Translations under genes and position numbers: made by a program
Origin: a virus
Lineage: Duplodnaviria; Heunggongvirae; Uroviricota; Caudoviricetes
Direction: 5' to 3' (one strand)
IMG/VR virus record: IMGVR_UViG_2531839180_000006
Length of the DNA stretch: 47,402 bases
Shown here: positions 10,143 to 20,845 of the stretch, piece after piece
How the letters are laid out: each line of letters opens with the position of its first letter
Position numbering within the stretch: position 1 is the first letter of the stretch
Notes under the pieces: model-generated
Database searches by the model: none
The model's input: only the letters and a program-made list of their open reading frames with translations
What the model was told of the DNA's origin: nothing

Positions 10143-12712
10143 CGTCCACCTCCGGAGAACAGACCACCATCGCGCATCTGTGCCTGAATTTCATCACGGG
10201 CACCCTTGCGGGCCATGTCATACACTGCCTTCATCATCTGTGGACCTGGCAGACCATTCGTACCGTCGTTCTGAATCACCACGTGATTGTTCTGATTAAA
10301 ATTAATGCCTTCAGCCCGCCGCATCTGCGCCGGACTTCCGGCACCGCCCACATAACCACCTTCCGCATAGCCCCGCATCAGGCGGTACAGGTTGCCGACA
10401 CCAATTCGGCTGGTTGCCTCCTTCGTGAAGACAAATTCACCACGGTGAACAATCCCCGCTGGCTCATATTTGCCGCCGGTTCCCGTAAATCCTCCGGTTG
10501 CAAAATGGAATTTCGCCGCAGCGGCCTGAATGGCTGTACCGCCTGATGCGGATGCGCCGCCACCAACAGCCCCGCCAATGGCGCTACCGATACTCCCGAC
10601 AATCCCCACCATTGCCTGCTTAAGCAGAATTTCTGTCATCATGGACAGCACGGAACGGGTGAAGCTGCGCCAGTTCTGCTCACTGCCGGTCAGCATCGCC
10701 GCCATATTCTGTGCAATACCGTCAAAGGTCTGCGTGGCCACGCTTTTAACCTGCGAAAAACTGTCCGTCGCACTTTCCGCCCACTCGCCCCAGCCGGACT
10801 TCATCCCGGCCATCCAGCTTCCACGAAGCTGCTCCTCCGCAGACCAGGTGTTCTTCAGTGCAGATGTGGCCTTCGCCAGCGCAGCCGGATTATCACCGTA
10901 CACCTCACGAAGGCGCTGCTCTTCCGACTCCCGCTGCGCCTGACGGTCGGTGAGTCCGCGGGCTTTTGCGCTGATTGCCGCCTGCTTCGCGCTCTGCTGC
11001 TGTTCAAACCGCGCCGCCTGCTGTGCCAGCTCATTCAGCCGTTTCTGGTGTTCAATCTTGTCGCCCAGCTCAGCCAGCTGGCGTTTGTACTCCAGCGTCT
11101 CTTTCTCATGAGCCAGCAGGGATTTTTCCTGCTCAGATAACTGCCGTTTCGTGGCGGCCTCTTTCAGGACCACATACTGATTTTCCGCTTTCCATAAATC
11201 ACGGCGCTGCTGGCTGATTTTTTCATTCGCACCGCTGTGCTTCTCCAGCGTCCTGAGCTCAGTTTCAAGCGCCAGCAGGGCTGCATGCGCCTGGTCTTCC
11301 TGGCGCTCACCGGCAGACACCTTCACACCGGACGGCTTTTTCTGCGTCGACTCATAATCCTTTTTTGCCGACGCCATCAGCGTGTTGTAATCCGCCTGCA
11401 GGATTTTCCCGTCTTTCAGGGCCTTATTCAGCTCTTCCTGCCGGGCGGTATATTTCTCCAGTGGCGTCAGCAGGCGCTCATACGCCTTCTGCGCCTCTCC
11501 GGTATACTTCAGCTGTGACGACTCACGCTCAGCCCTGTCCCTTGCCGCCAGTTCACCGGCTTTTTCCATATCCGACTGCAGCGTTGCCGCTGCCAGACCC
11601 AGACGGGCATTTTCCCGGTCATCCCATGCTCCCTGAAGGTTGGCCCGGAAAGAGGAGGTTTTACCGCGGCGCTGGCTCCGACTCTGGTACCACTGCCATT
11701 TTTTATCCGCCTCATCAAATGCCTTCTGCGCACTGGCGAGCATATCCGCAGAAGATTCCGGACGACCGATATCCAGGATGGCATCCCACATCGATTTGAA
11801 CGCCTTCCCTGTTTTATCCGCCCAGGTCTCCAGCGTCCCCATGTTTTCTTTCAGGCGACGGGTCTGCTCATCAAAGCCTTTCGTGGCAATATCGTTCGCC
11901 GCCTGCAATGCCCCGGCCTCATCACCGGAACGCTGTAACTGTGCAACATACGCAATCTGCTCTGCCGTCACGTTATGGAACTGCTTCGCCATCGCAATCA
12001 GCCCCGACGTCGGGTCAGTGGTCAGTTTTCCGAAAGCCTCTGCAACCTTGTCCACCTCCACGCCGGATGCAGAAGCAAAACGCGCGACACTCTGGTTGAT
12101 GGCATCAAACTGTTCACCACCACGCACACCGGCATTCACCATGGCTGCCAGTGACTCACTCGCCTGGTTAAACGTCAGCCCTGCGGCCTGTCCGGCTCTG
12201 GAGAGCGTCAGCATGCGATCGGCAGTCAGTCCGGACTGATTACCGGAAAGAACCAGGGTTTTATTAAACGCAGAAAGCGTGGAATCCCCCTGGTACCAGG
12301 CGTACGCTAGCGCACCTGTCGCCACCGCCAGCGAGGTGACCCCGACCATCGGCAGGGTGATCGCACCGGCAAGCCCCCTGAACATGGGGATCATCCCGCC
12401 GAAGGAGTCCTTCACCTGACCGCCCTGTTGCAGCAGGATCAGCCAGGGATTCTGACCACCGGCAAGCTGCGTGGCCACGTCGGTGAACTGCATGGGTAGC
12501 GTACGCATGGCCTGTTTATACTGCCCGACGGAAATCCCGGCTTTTTGTGCAGCCAGCGCCTGGCGGCTCAGCCCCTGCTCAACGACAGTTGCGGTTTTTC
12601 TGGCGTCAGTATCCAGACCTGAAAAATGACGCCTTACCCGGCTCATCTGCTCATCGAAACGGACCGCATCCAGACTCAGGTCAATAACAAGATCACCAAC
12701 CGGCTGGGACAT
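10139..12712 (-). CDS. H: Tail tape measure protein H
   Basis: 857 aa coiled-coil-rich protein with lambda H-like N- and C-termini ('...MRDGGLFSGGGR'). Confidence 0.95.
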   Translation of the reverse strand: MSQPVGDLVIDLSLDAVRFDEQMSRVRRHFSGLDTDARKTATVVEQGLSRQALAAQKAGISVGQYKQAMRTLPMQFTDVATQLAGGQNPWLILLQQGGQVKDSFGGMIPMFRGLAGAITLPMVGVTSLAVATGALAYAWYQGDSTLSAFNKTLVLSGNQSGLTADRMLTLSRAGQAAGLTFNQASESLAAMVNAGVRGGEQFDAINQSVARFASASGVEVDKVAEAFGKLTTDPTSGLIAMAKQFHNVTAEQIAYVAQLQRSGDEAGALQAANDIATKGFDEQTRRLKENMGTLETWADKTGKAFKSMWDAILDIGRPESSADMLASAQKAFDEADKKWQWYQSRSQRRGKTSSFRANLQGAWDDRENARLGLAAATLQSDMEKAGELAARDRAERESSQLKYTGEAQKAYERLLTPLEKYTARQEELNKALKDGKILQADYNTLMASAKKDYESTQKKPSGVKVSAGERQEDQAHAALLALETELRTLEKHSGANEKISQQRRDLWKAENQYVVLKEAATKRQLSEQEKSLLAHEKETLEYKRQLAELGDKIEHQKRLNELAQQAARFEQQQSAKQAAISAKARGLTDRQAQRESEEQRLREVYGDNPAALAKATSALKNTWSAEEQLRGSWMAGMKSGWGEWAESATDSFSQVKSVATQTFDGIAQNMAAMLTGSEQNWRSFTRSVLSMMTEILLKQAMVGIVGSIGSAIGGAVGGGASASGGTAIQAAAAKFHFATGGFTGTGGKYEPAGIVHRGEFVFTKEATSRIGVGNLYRLMRGYAEGGYVGGAGSPAQMRRAEGINFNQNNHVVIQNDGTNGLPGPQMMKAVYDMARKGARDEIQAQMRDGGLFSGGGR

Positions 12713-13157
12713 ATCTCACACCTCCCGGAATCCCCGCTGAAGCCATCATTAATGCGGCATCATCCACCATGACATCCGCCACATCCGCAGACGATAAAAT
12801 ATCGCCCCCTCCGTCCCCACCGAACCGGACGCCTCCGGCAAGTCCTGCCGCTTTCTGCATCAGCATTTTGTCCTCATCCAGCCTCTCCACCTGCTCTTCC
12901 TCATGCCGGGGGACAAGCAGACTGAAATCAGAGGGATGCATATCCGGATCGCAAAAAAACAGGCTGAGTACAGCGTACGTCAGCCCGGAAAAATGCATAT
13001 CCAGCTGGGTATCCTGAAAATAATGCGTGCGGTAAAAATGGTGCCAGTCGGCATATTCGGTGGATGTCATCCCGGCAAGCATGGCGCGCCAGTCGGGTCT
13101 CCCCATCTCACGCGCCAGTCTGAGGGCAAAGTTCAGCTCGCCGTCGAAGACTTTCCC
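12693..13157 (-). CDS. T: Tail assembly chaperone T, expressed as G-T fusion by -1 programmed ribosomal frameshift
   Basis: -1 frame ORF continuing from the slippery site in G; lambda GT synteny. Confidence 0.85.
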   Translation of the reverse strand, partial: GKVFDGELNFALRLAREMGRPDWRAMLAGMTSTEYADWHHFYRTHYFQDTQLDMHFSGLTYAVLSLFFCDPDMHPSDFSLLVPRHEEEQVERLDEDKMLMQKAAGLAGGVRFGGDGGGDILSSADVADVMVDDAALMMASAGIPGGVRYVPAGW

Positions 13158-13564
13158 GCAGAAAAATCATCATCAGTCAGCGTGTTATTTTTCGCCACTT
13201 CAGTAATATCAGTATCCGGACGAACAGCTTCGATCATCCCGGACAGGCACAACACCACGTCTTCCGCCCGGGCAATGGCATCGGCAGGCCAGGTGGTGAG
13301 CACTTCCTGCTCTATCTTCATCACGGCCTCATTCATTGACGGTGACTGCGTTTTCTGTGGATGGTTATGCCACAGGGACATCGCCACCAGAAACGCGCCG
13401 GTTCTGACAAGATCTTCCACACTCACCTGCAGGTTGCCGCTGGCTTCAGCCTCTTCTGCCCGCCGTTTCAGGAGGGCAAGATGCTCAATACGCTGCAGCG
13501 CAGACAGCTCAGAAAGCGTGACGGATACACCGTTATATTCAAATTGTTCTGTTTTCAGGAACAT
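13133..13564 (-). CDS. G: Tail assembly chaperone G
   Basis: 143 aa beginning 'MFLKTEQFEYNGVSVTLSELSALQRIEHLAL', lambda G-like. Confidence 0.9.
   Translation of the reverse strand: MFLKTEQFEYNGVSVTLSELSALQRIEHLALLKRRAEEAEASGNLQVSVEDLVRTGAFLVAMSLWHNHPQKTQSPSMNEAVMKIEQEVLTTWPADAIARAEDVVLCLSGMIEAVRPDTDITEVAKNNTLTDDDFSAGKSSTAS
13151..13157 (-). promoter_or_regulatory. Slippery heptamer G_GGA_AAG for G-T -1 programmed frameshift
   Basis: Minus strand reads ...GCG GGA AAG TCT... in G frame; -1 shift continues in-frame into the T ORF. Confidence 0.85.
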
Positions 13565-13582
13565 CGCTTATCTCTCAGCTCT

Positions 13583-14329
13583 TTAGCCACCCGGCACATT
13601 ATTAACGGTAATTTCAGCCACCGCAGCAAACTGACCATTACCGGAAATCACAGGGATGCTGACTTTTCCATCCTTAACCCCCGTCACAGTAATCGTCATA
13701 TCTTTCACGCTAATGGTGGCTTTTGATGGATCGGCGGAAATCGCCCTGAATGTCTTATCCGTTGCATTTTCCGGTTCCACAGTAACGGTCAGGGTGGTTG
13801 TTTTCCCTTTTTCAACCGTACCTGTCGGCGTTACCTTAATCGCAGTGACCGGCGTAATTTTGCTGCGTTCTTCCGCTACAGAAGGTTTACCCACGTTAGT
13901 GACTTTCACCGTGCGGGTGATCACTTCTTTCGCCGTCACGGCCTTACCGATACTGCTGACCCAGCCACGAAACACATCCACCGTGCCATTCGGAAAACGG
14001 ATTTTATAGGCCCGGACATCGCCGCTTTCAAACCAGCCTATAAGCCCTTTCTGACCTTCCTCTCCCGGTTTCCAGGCCAGAGTAAAACTGGTATCACCTG
14101 CAGATTTCTGCCCCTGCCCGGTCGCGGTCCAGTCTGCGTCTTCATCATCCAGGTAGTTATCATCGTAGGATTCTGCCGTCATCTCGCCCGGCGTCAGATC
14201 CTTCACCTTAGCCAGTCGCTGCCAGTCAGCGTCTGACAACGGGTTTGCATAAGCATCACCCTTGCCGTTGTAAACCCACAGAGTGGTACCGGCACCTTTT
14301 ACTGGCTCCAGGGGATTTGGTGTTGCCAT
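13583..14329 (-). CDS. V: Major tail protein V (tube protein with C-terminal Ig-like domain)
   Basis: 248 aa, lambda V-like; synteny. Confidence 0.95.
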   Translation of the reverse strand: MATPNPLEPVKGAGTTLWVYNGKGDAYANPLSDADWQRLAKVKDLTPGEMTAESYDDNYLDDEDADWTATGQGQKSAGDTSFTLAWKPGEEGQKGLIGWFESGDVRAYKIRFPNGTVDVFRGWVSSIGKAVTAKEVITRTVKVTNVGKPSVAEERSKITPVTAIKVTPTGTVEKGKTTTLTVTVEPENATDKTFRAISADPSKATISVKDMTITVTGVKDGKVSIPVISGNGQFAAVAEITVNNVPGG

Positions 14330-14336
14330 ATCGTCC

Positions 14337-14732
14337 TCACATCTCGTATGTAATGGAATAAGTCAGATCCGCAGAGCTCCATAACGCCATATCGTCATCA
14401 CGACGATACTCATAGCCCTGCGTAACCATCGTGGTAATCAGTCCTGCCAGTGCCGGGATCGCAGTCATCGCCGGATAAATCCGGCTTTCCATCCACTGAT
14501 CAAGCTCTGAATCCGGTACCTGTGCCGGTAAAAACACCTCAATATGCAGTGTGGCCCGCCAGGTATCTGCATCCAGCTCTTCACCGGTATACTCTGCATC
14601 CGTCAGATAAACCGCGATCGCAGGAAAATCCTCTTCGTCAAAAACAACGGGGCGACCATCAAACAGCGTCGCCCCGTGTTCATGCTGCTCGAGTGCATCC
14701 AGCACTGCAGCACGGATATCAGTGTGTTTCAT
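14337..14732 (-). CDS. U: Tail terminator protein U
   Basis: 131 aa, lambda U-like; synteny. Confidence 0.95.
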   Translation of the reverse strand: MKHTDIRAAVLDALEQHEHGATLFDGRPVVFDEEDFPAIAVYLTDAEYTGEELDADTWRATLHIEVFLPAQVPDSELDQWMESRIYPAMTAIPALAGLITTMVTQGYEYRRDDDMALWSSADLTYSITYEM

Positions 14733-15304
14733 CGTTTTATCGCAATCCTCAGTTGTTGTTTCAGCGCGGATGCCAGTTCTCCGGGCAGGCGTTCACGCCG
14801 GATACGGTCAACATTCTCATCAAATGCCTGTTTCAGTGGGGTCGCCATCGGGATTTTCACCACCTGAATGGGAAGGCGATTACGCTTTTTCCTTCCCTTG
14901 TCGTCATTGCCCTCCTCATATCTGGCCTGGGGAAGACGTTGCATAACATGCCAGCGCCCATTATTTAATCGCTGGATAAATGCCCGCTGATAACGATGCT
15001 GACCGGCTTTGAGTATGCTGTTCGGACGACGCCCCAGCATTCTGATCCCCAGCTTAATCACAGGGAGATCACCGCGGTTAACGATAATTCTGGCATTCGG
15101 ATTTCTGACCGTCGCCCGTTTCAGTCTGGACCGTTCCTTTACCAGTTTCCGTCTCACCCTGGTTTCCCGGGCAACCTGTGACGAAGACTGATTAATCGCC
15201 GTTGTGGCCACGCGGTTAATGGTCATTGCAGAAGCAGCCGGAATGGCGTTTTTACGAACCCGGCTCAGATTGTCAATCGCCTGATCAAGCCCTTTTATCG
15301 CCAT
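14729..15304 (-). CDS. Z: Tail completion protein Z
   Basis: 191 aa, lambda Z-like; synteny. Confidence 0.9.
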   Translation of the reverse strand: MAIKGLDQAIDNLSRVRKNAIPAASAMTINRVATTAINQSSSQVARETRVRRKLVKERSRLKRATVRNPNARIIVNRGDLPVIKLGIRMLGRRPNSILKAGQHRYQRAFIQRLNNGRWHVMQRLPQARYEEGNDDKGRKKRNRLPIQVVKIPMATPLKQAFDENVDRIRRERLPGELASALKQQLRIAIKR

Positions 15305-15318
15305 AATTCACCCTGCGT

Positions 15319-15672
15319 TTATCGTCGCCGGTTAACTGCGGGTGGTTGCCCACGGTTGAGCCAGAGATAACAGCTACCCCCGTCATCCGGAGAAACACGA
15401 TCCACCCAGAATGTCTCACCATTAATGGTCAGCGTGTCACCACGCCGCACGGCACGAACCGTATCCGTCCGCACAAATAATGACGGGCTGCTTCCTTCAA
15501 TACGGACCCCGCTACCGGCAAACCCCAGCGACTCCGGATCGTCAAAAACCCCCTGAACTTCGCTGCCACACTGTGCCCCCGAGGTGAACTGCGCACAGAG
15601 CCCCATCACTTCAACAATCGTTCTGTCCACCCCAGCAAGGGCAGCATCAAAGGAATTCTCAAAATCACGCAT
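15319..15672 (-). CDS. FII: Head-tail connector protein FII
   Basis: 117 aa; 'GSSPSLFVRTD...TFWVDRVSPDDGGSCYLWL' matches lambda FII. Confidence 0.95.
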   Translation of the reverse strand: MRDFENSFDAALAGVDRTIVEVMGLCAQFTSGAQCGSEVQGVFDDPESLGFAGSGVRIEGSSPSLFVRTDTVRAVRRGDTLTINGETFWVDRVSPDDGGSCYLWLNRGQPPAVNRRR

Positions 15673-16033
15673 AAACGGCCATTCCGCTCCTGACCATGTC
15701 TTTTGCCACTGAGGGGGGCATCAGAATTACTCTGCCAGCATCAACATGCTCAACAGGCTCACCTGTTTTATCGTCAACACCGCACAGGTAAAAACACTTC
15801 AGAAGCCTGATACGTTCCAGAATACCAACGTCATCCTCACCGGTGTGCCTGCATGCCTGCTCATGAACGGTATCATCAACATCTGCGATTTCATTTTCCG
15901 AGGCGCAAACCTCCTCTTCCCACTCTGCCACACGCTGTGCGATATCCGCAGCACTCCCCGACATATCCGCCTCGCGCCCCAGCAGACCAGCCAGTTCACG
16001 AAGACGTTTCTGATTTTCTTCTTTTGTTGCCAT
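15665..16033 (-). CDS. FI: DNA packaging protein FI (divergent)
   Basis: Position between E and FII; acidic ~120-aa protein; start MATKEEN with GGGAG SD. Confidence 0.7.
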   Translation of the reverse strand: MATKEENQKRLRELAGLLGREADMSGSAADIAQRVAEWEEEVCASENEIADVDDTVHEQACRHTGEDDVGILERIRLLKCFYLCGVDDKTGEPVEHVDAGRVILMPPSVAKDMVRSGMAVYA

Positions 16034-16058
16034 ATCCAGCTCCCTGTGAAAAAAACAC

Positions 16059-16075
16059 GGGGGCATTTCGCCCCC
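16059..16075 (-). terminator. Hairpin (GGGGGC-loop-GCCCCC) + U7 run between E and FI on minus strand; terminator/attenuator-like
   Basis: Perfect 6-bp GC stem with 7-nt T-run immediately 3' on minus strand. Confidence 0.45.
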
Positions 16076-16084
16076 GCTCACGGA

Positions 16085-17113
16085 TTATTTCACCTGTACC
16101 ACCACAAACTCATCCGGATCCGGCAGCACCATCAGCGGCGCGGACTGCGTCATGGTGAATTCACAGGACGGATCGCCCACGGTCAGCCAGTGTTTCGGGT
16201 AACGGGAAGAAGCCACCACTCCTTCAGACAACGCCTGTGCATCCTTAATGGCTCCATAGCAACGAATCCCCTCTGCTGCCGTATTCCCCAGCACCAGCGT
16301 GCCCTCCGGCAGATAACGTTTTTCGGTACCGTCCTCTGCCACATAAGACGTTTTCGCTACCACAATGGCCAGATCGCCGTAATACCCCTTGAAGGATACC
16401 ACTGCGCCCAGATCTTTCACTGCCGTTTCGAGTTGTGAATTTGAACCGCGACGGGTATCCAGTTTTTCGCGGAAAAGCTTAAAGCCATTCAGCAGACGCC
16501 AGACGGTACCGTCCATAATGGCAATATTCGCAAGACCACTGGCCTGATCACAGAAAAGGTCGATATCATATGTCGGGTCGAACGTGTCACGATCCTGTTT
16601 TGACCACTCCTTACCGCTACCTTGTATGATGTTATTCTTCGTCGATCGGCCAAAATCGACTTCAATTTTCTCGAACTGGTCTCCTTCCATCGTATATTTG
16701 CCATACAGCACGGCATTCACCGCCTGCATTTCTTCCACCTGCACAATAGCGTGCTCTTCCTGTTTGAGGTTATCAGTGATGATACGCAGACGACGGTAGG
16801 CCGGGTCGTTCAGCTGAGCCGGATCTTCACCGGGAAGGCGTTCAACCGCCTGCTGGTAATTAAATTCGTGTTTCGGCTTGACGTAGCCCGGACGTAACAC
16901 GCGGGTTTCACCCCCACGATGACGCAGCACTTTTCCTTCAACGACCGGGGAGACATAGGCCGCCACCGGCGTTTTTCCGGTAATTTTGTCCAGCATCACC
17001 TCTTCGGTGTGGAAATTCACCGTACGGCGGAAAAACAGTTCCAGAAACAGCGCACGAAATTTAACTTTTTGTTCGGTATAACCGAGTAACTGGCGGGTCG
17101 TAAACAATCCCAT
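16085..17113 (-). CDS. E: Major capsid protein E
   Basis: 342 aa, lambda E-like throughout; synteny. Confidence 0.95.
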   Translation of the reverse strand: MGLFTTRQLLGYTEQKVKFRALFLELFFRRTVNFHTEEVMLDKITGKTPVAAYVSPVVEGKVLRHRGGETRVLRPGYVKPKHEFNYQQAVERLPGEDPAQLNDPAYRRLRIITDNLKQEEHAIVQVEEMQAVNAVLYGKYTMEGDQFEKIEVDFGRSTKNNIIQGSGKEWSKQDRDTFDPTYDIDLFCDQASGLANIAIMDGTVWRLLNGFKLFREKLDTRRGSNSQLETAVKDLGAVVSFKGYYGDLAIVVAKTSYVAEDGTEKRYLPEGTLVLGNTAAEGIRCYGAIKDAQALSEGVVASSRYPKHWLTVGDPSCEFTMTQSAPLMVLPDPDEFVVVQVK

Positions 17114-17170
17114 AAATCAGTTCCTTTCATTCAGAAATCAGTCAGGCCACCATGGTGGCCTGATAACGTG

Positions 17171-17518
17171 TTACGGCAGAGCCGCGTGACTCAGGGCTGT
17201 GCCGGCAAAGGCATTTGCCTTTTTGTGTTCATCCACACTGTCAGGCCAGCGGATTGCCTCCGTCGCAAAGGTCCCCGACTTGTAATAGGTCAGCACCGTC
17301 TCTGTGCCTTCAAGCGGCAGTACCAGTATGCCAACCGCACTACCGGCTTTCTGTCCATCCCAGACCACCAGTTTCCCGGTGGCTTCATCCAGCATCAGGG
17401 GCGTCAGAGCCGGTGTTGCAGAAGAAATCCCGCTGCTGCCTGTGGCGGTATGAGCCGGATCATTACCAGCAAAAATACGTACTTCCGCACGCTGTTCAGT
17501 GATGGTTTTCGTCACCAT
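17171..17518 (-). CDS. D: Head decoration protein D
   Basis: 115 aa; 'DPAHTAT...TPLMLD...LVVWDG...VGIL...YKSGTF' matches lambda gpD. Confidence 0.95.
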   Translation of the reverse strand: MVTKTITEQRAEVRIFAGNDPAHTATGSSGISSATPALTPLMLDEATGKLVVWDGQKAGSAVGILVLPLEGTETVLTYYKSGTFATEAIRWPDSVDEHKKANAFAGTALSHAALP

Positions 17519-17554
17519 TTTGTTAAAACCTCATATTGATGGTCAGCACTGACT

Positions 17555-19060
17555 TCATGGCATGGCCATGAGCATTTTCACGTCCGCATCACCGTCTGCT
17601 GACGTCTGTGACACGCCACCCCGCACCGCTGCCGGTGAATGATTCGCCATGAAATGTTCAAACAGGGCGGTTGTGGATGCAGAGACCGGTTCGGCCTTAC
17701 CTGATCCCGCAGCCAGCACAGCCCGGGCGTTCTCCACGGTCATTCCCGGGCAGGCCGCCAGTTTTTCAGCCTGCGCTTCTGCCCCTTTTGCCTCATCCAG
17801 GGCCATGATCTGATCACGAAGTGAGGGCCCGGCATCCGCCAGTGGTGCAGCCGCCAGGATCGGGCGTGCTTTTTCCACCGTCATCTCCGGCATCGCCGCC
17901 AGCGTTGCCGCCAGTTGTTCACGACCTTTCGCTTCTTCACACGCCATAATGCGATCGGCTTCACTCTGCGCGGATGCCACCGGCTGCTGCGGTGCCGCCG
18001 CGGCCAGAATCGCCCGGGCCTGTTCAACGCTCATGCCCTGTTGTCCTGCCAGCATCGTGGCAAGCTGTTCACGTCCTTTCGCTTCCTGGCATGTCAGGAT
18101 CCCCATCACTCGCTGGTTCTCCTGCGCGGCGGCTTCCGTTGCAGTTAATTGCGGCATAGTGCCTCCTCTGACATTACTGTTCAGCGCCGTGGCCATCACA
18201 CTGATGGCATCCGACGCATTGATTAATTCATCCGCCAGCCCGGCCTCAATGCCGGACTGACCTTCAAAAACGGCGGCCTCTGTTCCCGTGACTGCATCAA
18301 CAGACAACCCGGTATACATCGCCACTTTTTCGGCAAACATCCGGCGCGCCGCATCAATCCGCTGCTGCATGTCCTGGCGAACCTCTGCCGGCAACGCTTC
18401 AAACTGATTGCCATCCACCTTGTGCGCCCCGGCATAAATCAGCGTGATATCCACCCCGGCCTGCGCCAGATGACCGGCATAGCTGACATGGCTCATCATC
18501 ACGCCAATGGAGCCGATACGGGATGTCTGGGTAACCAGCCGTCGGGAGCAGGCCGACGCCAGCAGCATGGCCGCAGAACAGGCCGTGTCATTACACAGTG
18601 CCCAGACCGGCTTCTGCTGCCGGAGGCGGTAAATCATGTCAGCGCAGTCAAACGCGCCGGCGGCCTGCCCGCCCGGACTGTCAATGTCCAGCAGTATGCC
18701 CCGCACCTGGCTATCTGCCATTGCCTGCTGAAGACAGGCGACAATGCCGTCATAGCCAGTCATTCCGGAAAATGGCCGCATCCCCCCCAGCCGGTGCACC
18801 AGCGTGCCGGTCACCGGCAGTACCGCAATACCGTTCACCACCCGGTAAACACGGGCCGGTCGTTTACCTCCGGCCATGTACTCGTCCGTTTCAGCCAGCA
18901 TCCCGGGAGCATCAAGCTGTACCTGCTGTTGCGGTACCGAAAGACTTGCTGCCCCCATCTCGCGCCCCAGCGCGCAAAAGAAAACCCGCGCATAGGCGGG
19001 CTCCAGAAGCAGCGGTTCATTGAATGCTGCTGCAATAATGTGTGAAAGATTACGTCTCAC
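17555..19060 (-). CDS. C: Prohead protease / minor capsid protein C (S49 family), with scaffold (Nu3-like) region nested in its 3' part
   Basis: 501 aa, lambda C-like N-terminal protease domain; C-terminal Ala-rich triplicated segment typical of Nu3 scaffold. Confidence 0.9.
   Translation of the reverse strand: MRRNLSHIIAAAFNEPLLLEPAYARVFFCALGREMGAASLSVPQQQVQLDAPGMLAETDEYMAGGKRPARVYRVVNGIAVLPVTGTLVHRLGGMRPFSGMTGYDGIVACLQQAMADSQVRGILLDIDSPGGQAAGAFDCADMIYRLRQQKPVWALCNDTACSAAMLLASACSRRLVTQTSRIGSIGVMMSHVSYAGHLAQAGVDITLIYAGAHKVDGNQFEALPAEVRQDMQQRIDAARRMFAEKVAMYTGLSVDAVTGTEAAVFEGQSGIEAGLADELINASDAISVMATALNSNVRGGTMPQLTATEAAAQENQRVMGILTCQEAKGREQLATMLAGQQGMSVEQARAILAAAAPQQPVASAQSEADRIMACEEAKGREQLAATLAAMPEMTVEKARPILAAAPLADAGPSLRDQIMALDEAKGAEAQAEKLAACPGMTVENARAVLAAGSGKAEPVSASTTALFEHFMANHSPAAVRGGVSQTSADGDADVKMLMAMP
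17690..18130. repeat. Three tandem ~147-150-bp repeats inside C/Nu3 coding region
   Basis: Repeated units 'ctgttcacg(a/t)cctttcgcttc...' on plus strand; protein repeats 'EAKGREQLA..LA.....V/SVE.AR.ILAAA'. Confidence 0.7.
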
Positions 19061-20642
19061 GTGGTGTTGTCTCCTCTTCCGGCCTGCGACTCTCCGCTAT
19101 CTGCTGCTGATACGCCTGCGCTATCCACACCGGACGTGAGAGTCCGGCTTTTTCCCGCTCTGCAGATTCCCTGACCTGCTGGCGGAAAATGTCCTGATAA
19201 TCCTCGCCCATCAGCGCCAGCTCTTTCTCATACGTGCTCAGTCCGGCCTCAATGCGCATCACTGATTCCTGAACCTCCTTGAGCCCGTCAATGGCCATTC
19301 TTCCGGCTCCAATCCACTCAGCCCGTGACCAGGCTGATCGCGCCTGATAAAAATCAAACCGTGCCCGTGGCGGACGAATAATCCCCCGAAGAAGTGCCTC
19401 TTCCAGCCAGCAGGAAAACATCTGCGTGGCCAGCCGGGACGCAATAAATTTTCGCCGCCCCATAAAATAGCGCCACGACTCATTGGCGGAGGCGCGGGCA
19501 CTTGAATAACTGACCTTCGAGTAATCACGGGACAACTGTTCGTAGGAAACGCCAAGACCGGCGGCGATATACCGCAGCAGCGCCTGTTCAAGCGCCGAAA
19601 ATCCATTGTCTGAATCCTGCGCGGTCTGAAGCTTCAGATCATCACCGGGGAAAAGGTGCGGAATTTTGACACCGCCCAGCGTCACGCTATTCGTGTCATA
19701 CCAGGTGGAGAACTTATCCAGAATATTAATAAGCGGATTATCCTTCTGCCCCTGCGGCGCACCGGCGATATATTCAAAGGCCTTTTCGGTATCAAGGTCA
19801 CTTTCAATCGTCGCTGCATACATCGCCTTCACTATGGCCGACTGAAGCTGTGTTGCCTGCAGGGAATCCAGCATCTTCAGCCGTTCCATAACGCTGTAAA
19901 ACTGATTGGCTCCACGGGTCTGTCCGTCCTCCACCGGCTCGAAAATATGCAGCATGGCCGGACGCCCGGTGGGTAGTTCACGCGGGATCCGTTCCCATCG
20001 TCCACTCCCGGAGCGAGGAAAATCATCCTCACAGATATGGTACGCAACGGCACGGCCATATCGATCAACCTCCACACCGGCCCGCAGAAAACGGTTCCCG
20101 ATACCGTGTCCTGGCGTGTCCACCCGTTTCGGACTCACGGCTTTAAAACGCGTACGAAACAGTTGCGTACTCTCCGTATCCCAGACCGGCTGCACAAAGA
20201 TTTCGCCGTTAAACGCATGAACGCCCACACCTTCACGGATAAATTCCGTAAACGTGCGTTTCCCTTCCACGTCGATCTCACCAAACATCCCTTCTGCGTA
20301 TTCTGACCAGGCCGCCTCCACCTCATCGACAAAACTTTTTGCCGCGGTCTCCCGCATCCCCAGCCAGCGCCAGTTCGGACGGTAGCTAATCAGAAACATA
20401 TGCCCGACAATGTGATCCTTATGCAGGGCCACCGCATTGGCCGCTATTCCGTTATTGCGCACCAGATCATCTGCACGGGCATTCCCCAGACGCAACGCGG
20501 GCAGCAGGGCCGCATCGGCACTCTGCGAGGGTGGCAACCACTCTGCCATTTGCCCGCCAAATCCTGCACCGCCCCCGTTGTAGCTGAGGCTCTCCCGAAG
20601 CGGAACGCCGTTCACATCAATCAGGATAGGCGTTCGTTTCAT
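19050..20642 (-). CDS. B: Portal protein B
   Basis: 530 aa, lambda B-like; synteny. Confidence 0.95.
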   Translation of the reverse strand: MKRTPILIDVNGVPLRESLSYNGGGAGFGGQMAEWLPPSQSADAALLPALRLGNARADDLVRNNGIAANAVALHKDHIVGHMFLISYRPNWRWLGMRETAAKSFVDEVEAAWSEYAEGMFGEIDVEGKRTFTEFIREGVGVHAFNGEIFVQPVWDTESTQLFRTRFKAVSPKRVDTPGHGIGNRFLRAGVEVDRYGRAVAYHICEDDFPRSGSGRWERIPRELPTGRPAMLHIFEPVEDGQTRGANQFYSVMERLKMLDSLQATQLQSAIVKAMYAATIESDLDTEKAFEYIAGAPQGQKDNPLINILDKFSTWYDTNSVTLGGVKIPHLFPGDDLKLQTAQDSDNGFSALEQALLRYIAAGLGVSYEQLSRDYSKVSYSSARASANESWRYFMGRRKFIASRLATQMFSCWLEEALLRGIIRPPRARFDFYQARSAWSRAEWIGAGRMAIDGLKEVQESVMRIEAGLSTYEKELALMGEDYQDIFRQQVRESAEREKAGLSRPVWIAQAYQQQIAESRRPEEETTPRET

Positions 20643-20845
20643 AACCTCACTCCCAGCGGACGACGGCGACGGCGGGTTGTCCCCAGTACCGACTCCGCAT
20701 CATTGATCGCCCGGTTAAGCTCATCCAGAGAAGCTGCCGTATATTCAATTCTGCGACCATCTTTCTGGACAGACACCACCCGTTTACCGGTTAATAAATC
20801 AAGGCGCGCCTGACGCAGCGCCTGCAGTTCAGCGACTGTAACCAT
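20639..20845 (-). CDS. W: Head-tail joining protein W
   Basis: 68 aa; 'LLTGKRVVSVQKDGRRIEYTAASLDEL' matches lambda W; strong SD GGAGGAG. Confidence 0.95.
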   Translation of the reverse strand: MVTVAELQALRQARLDLLTGKRVVSVQKDGRRIEYTAASLDELNRAINDAESVLGTTRRRRRPLGVRL

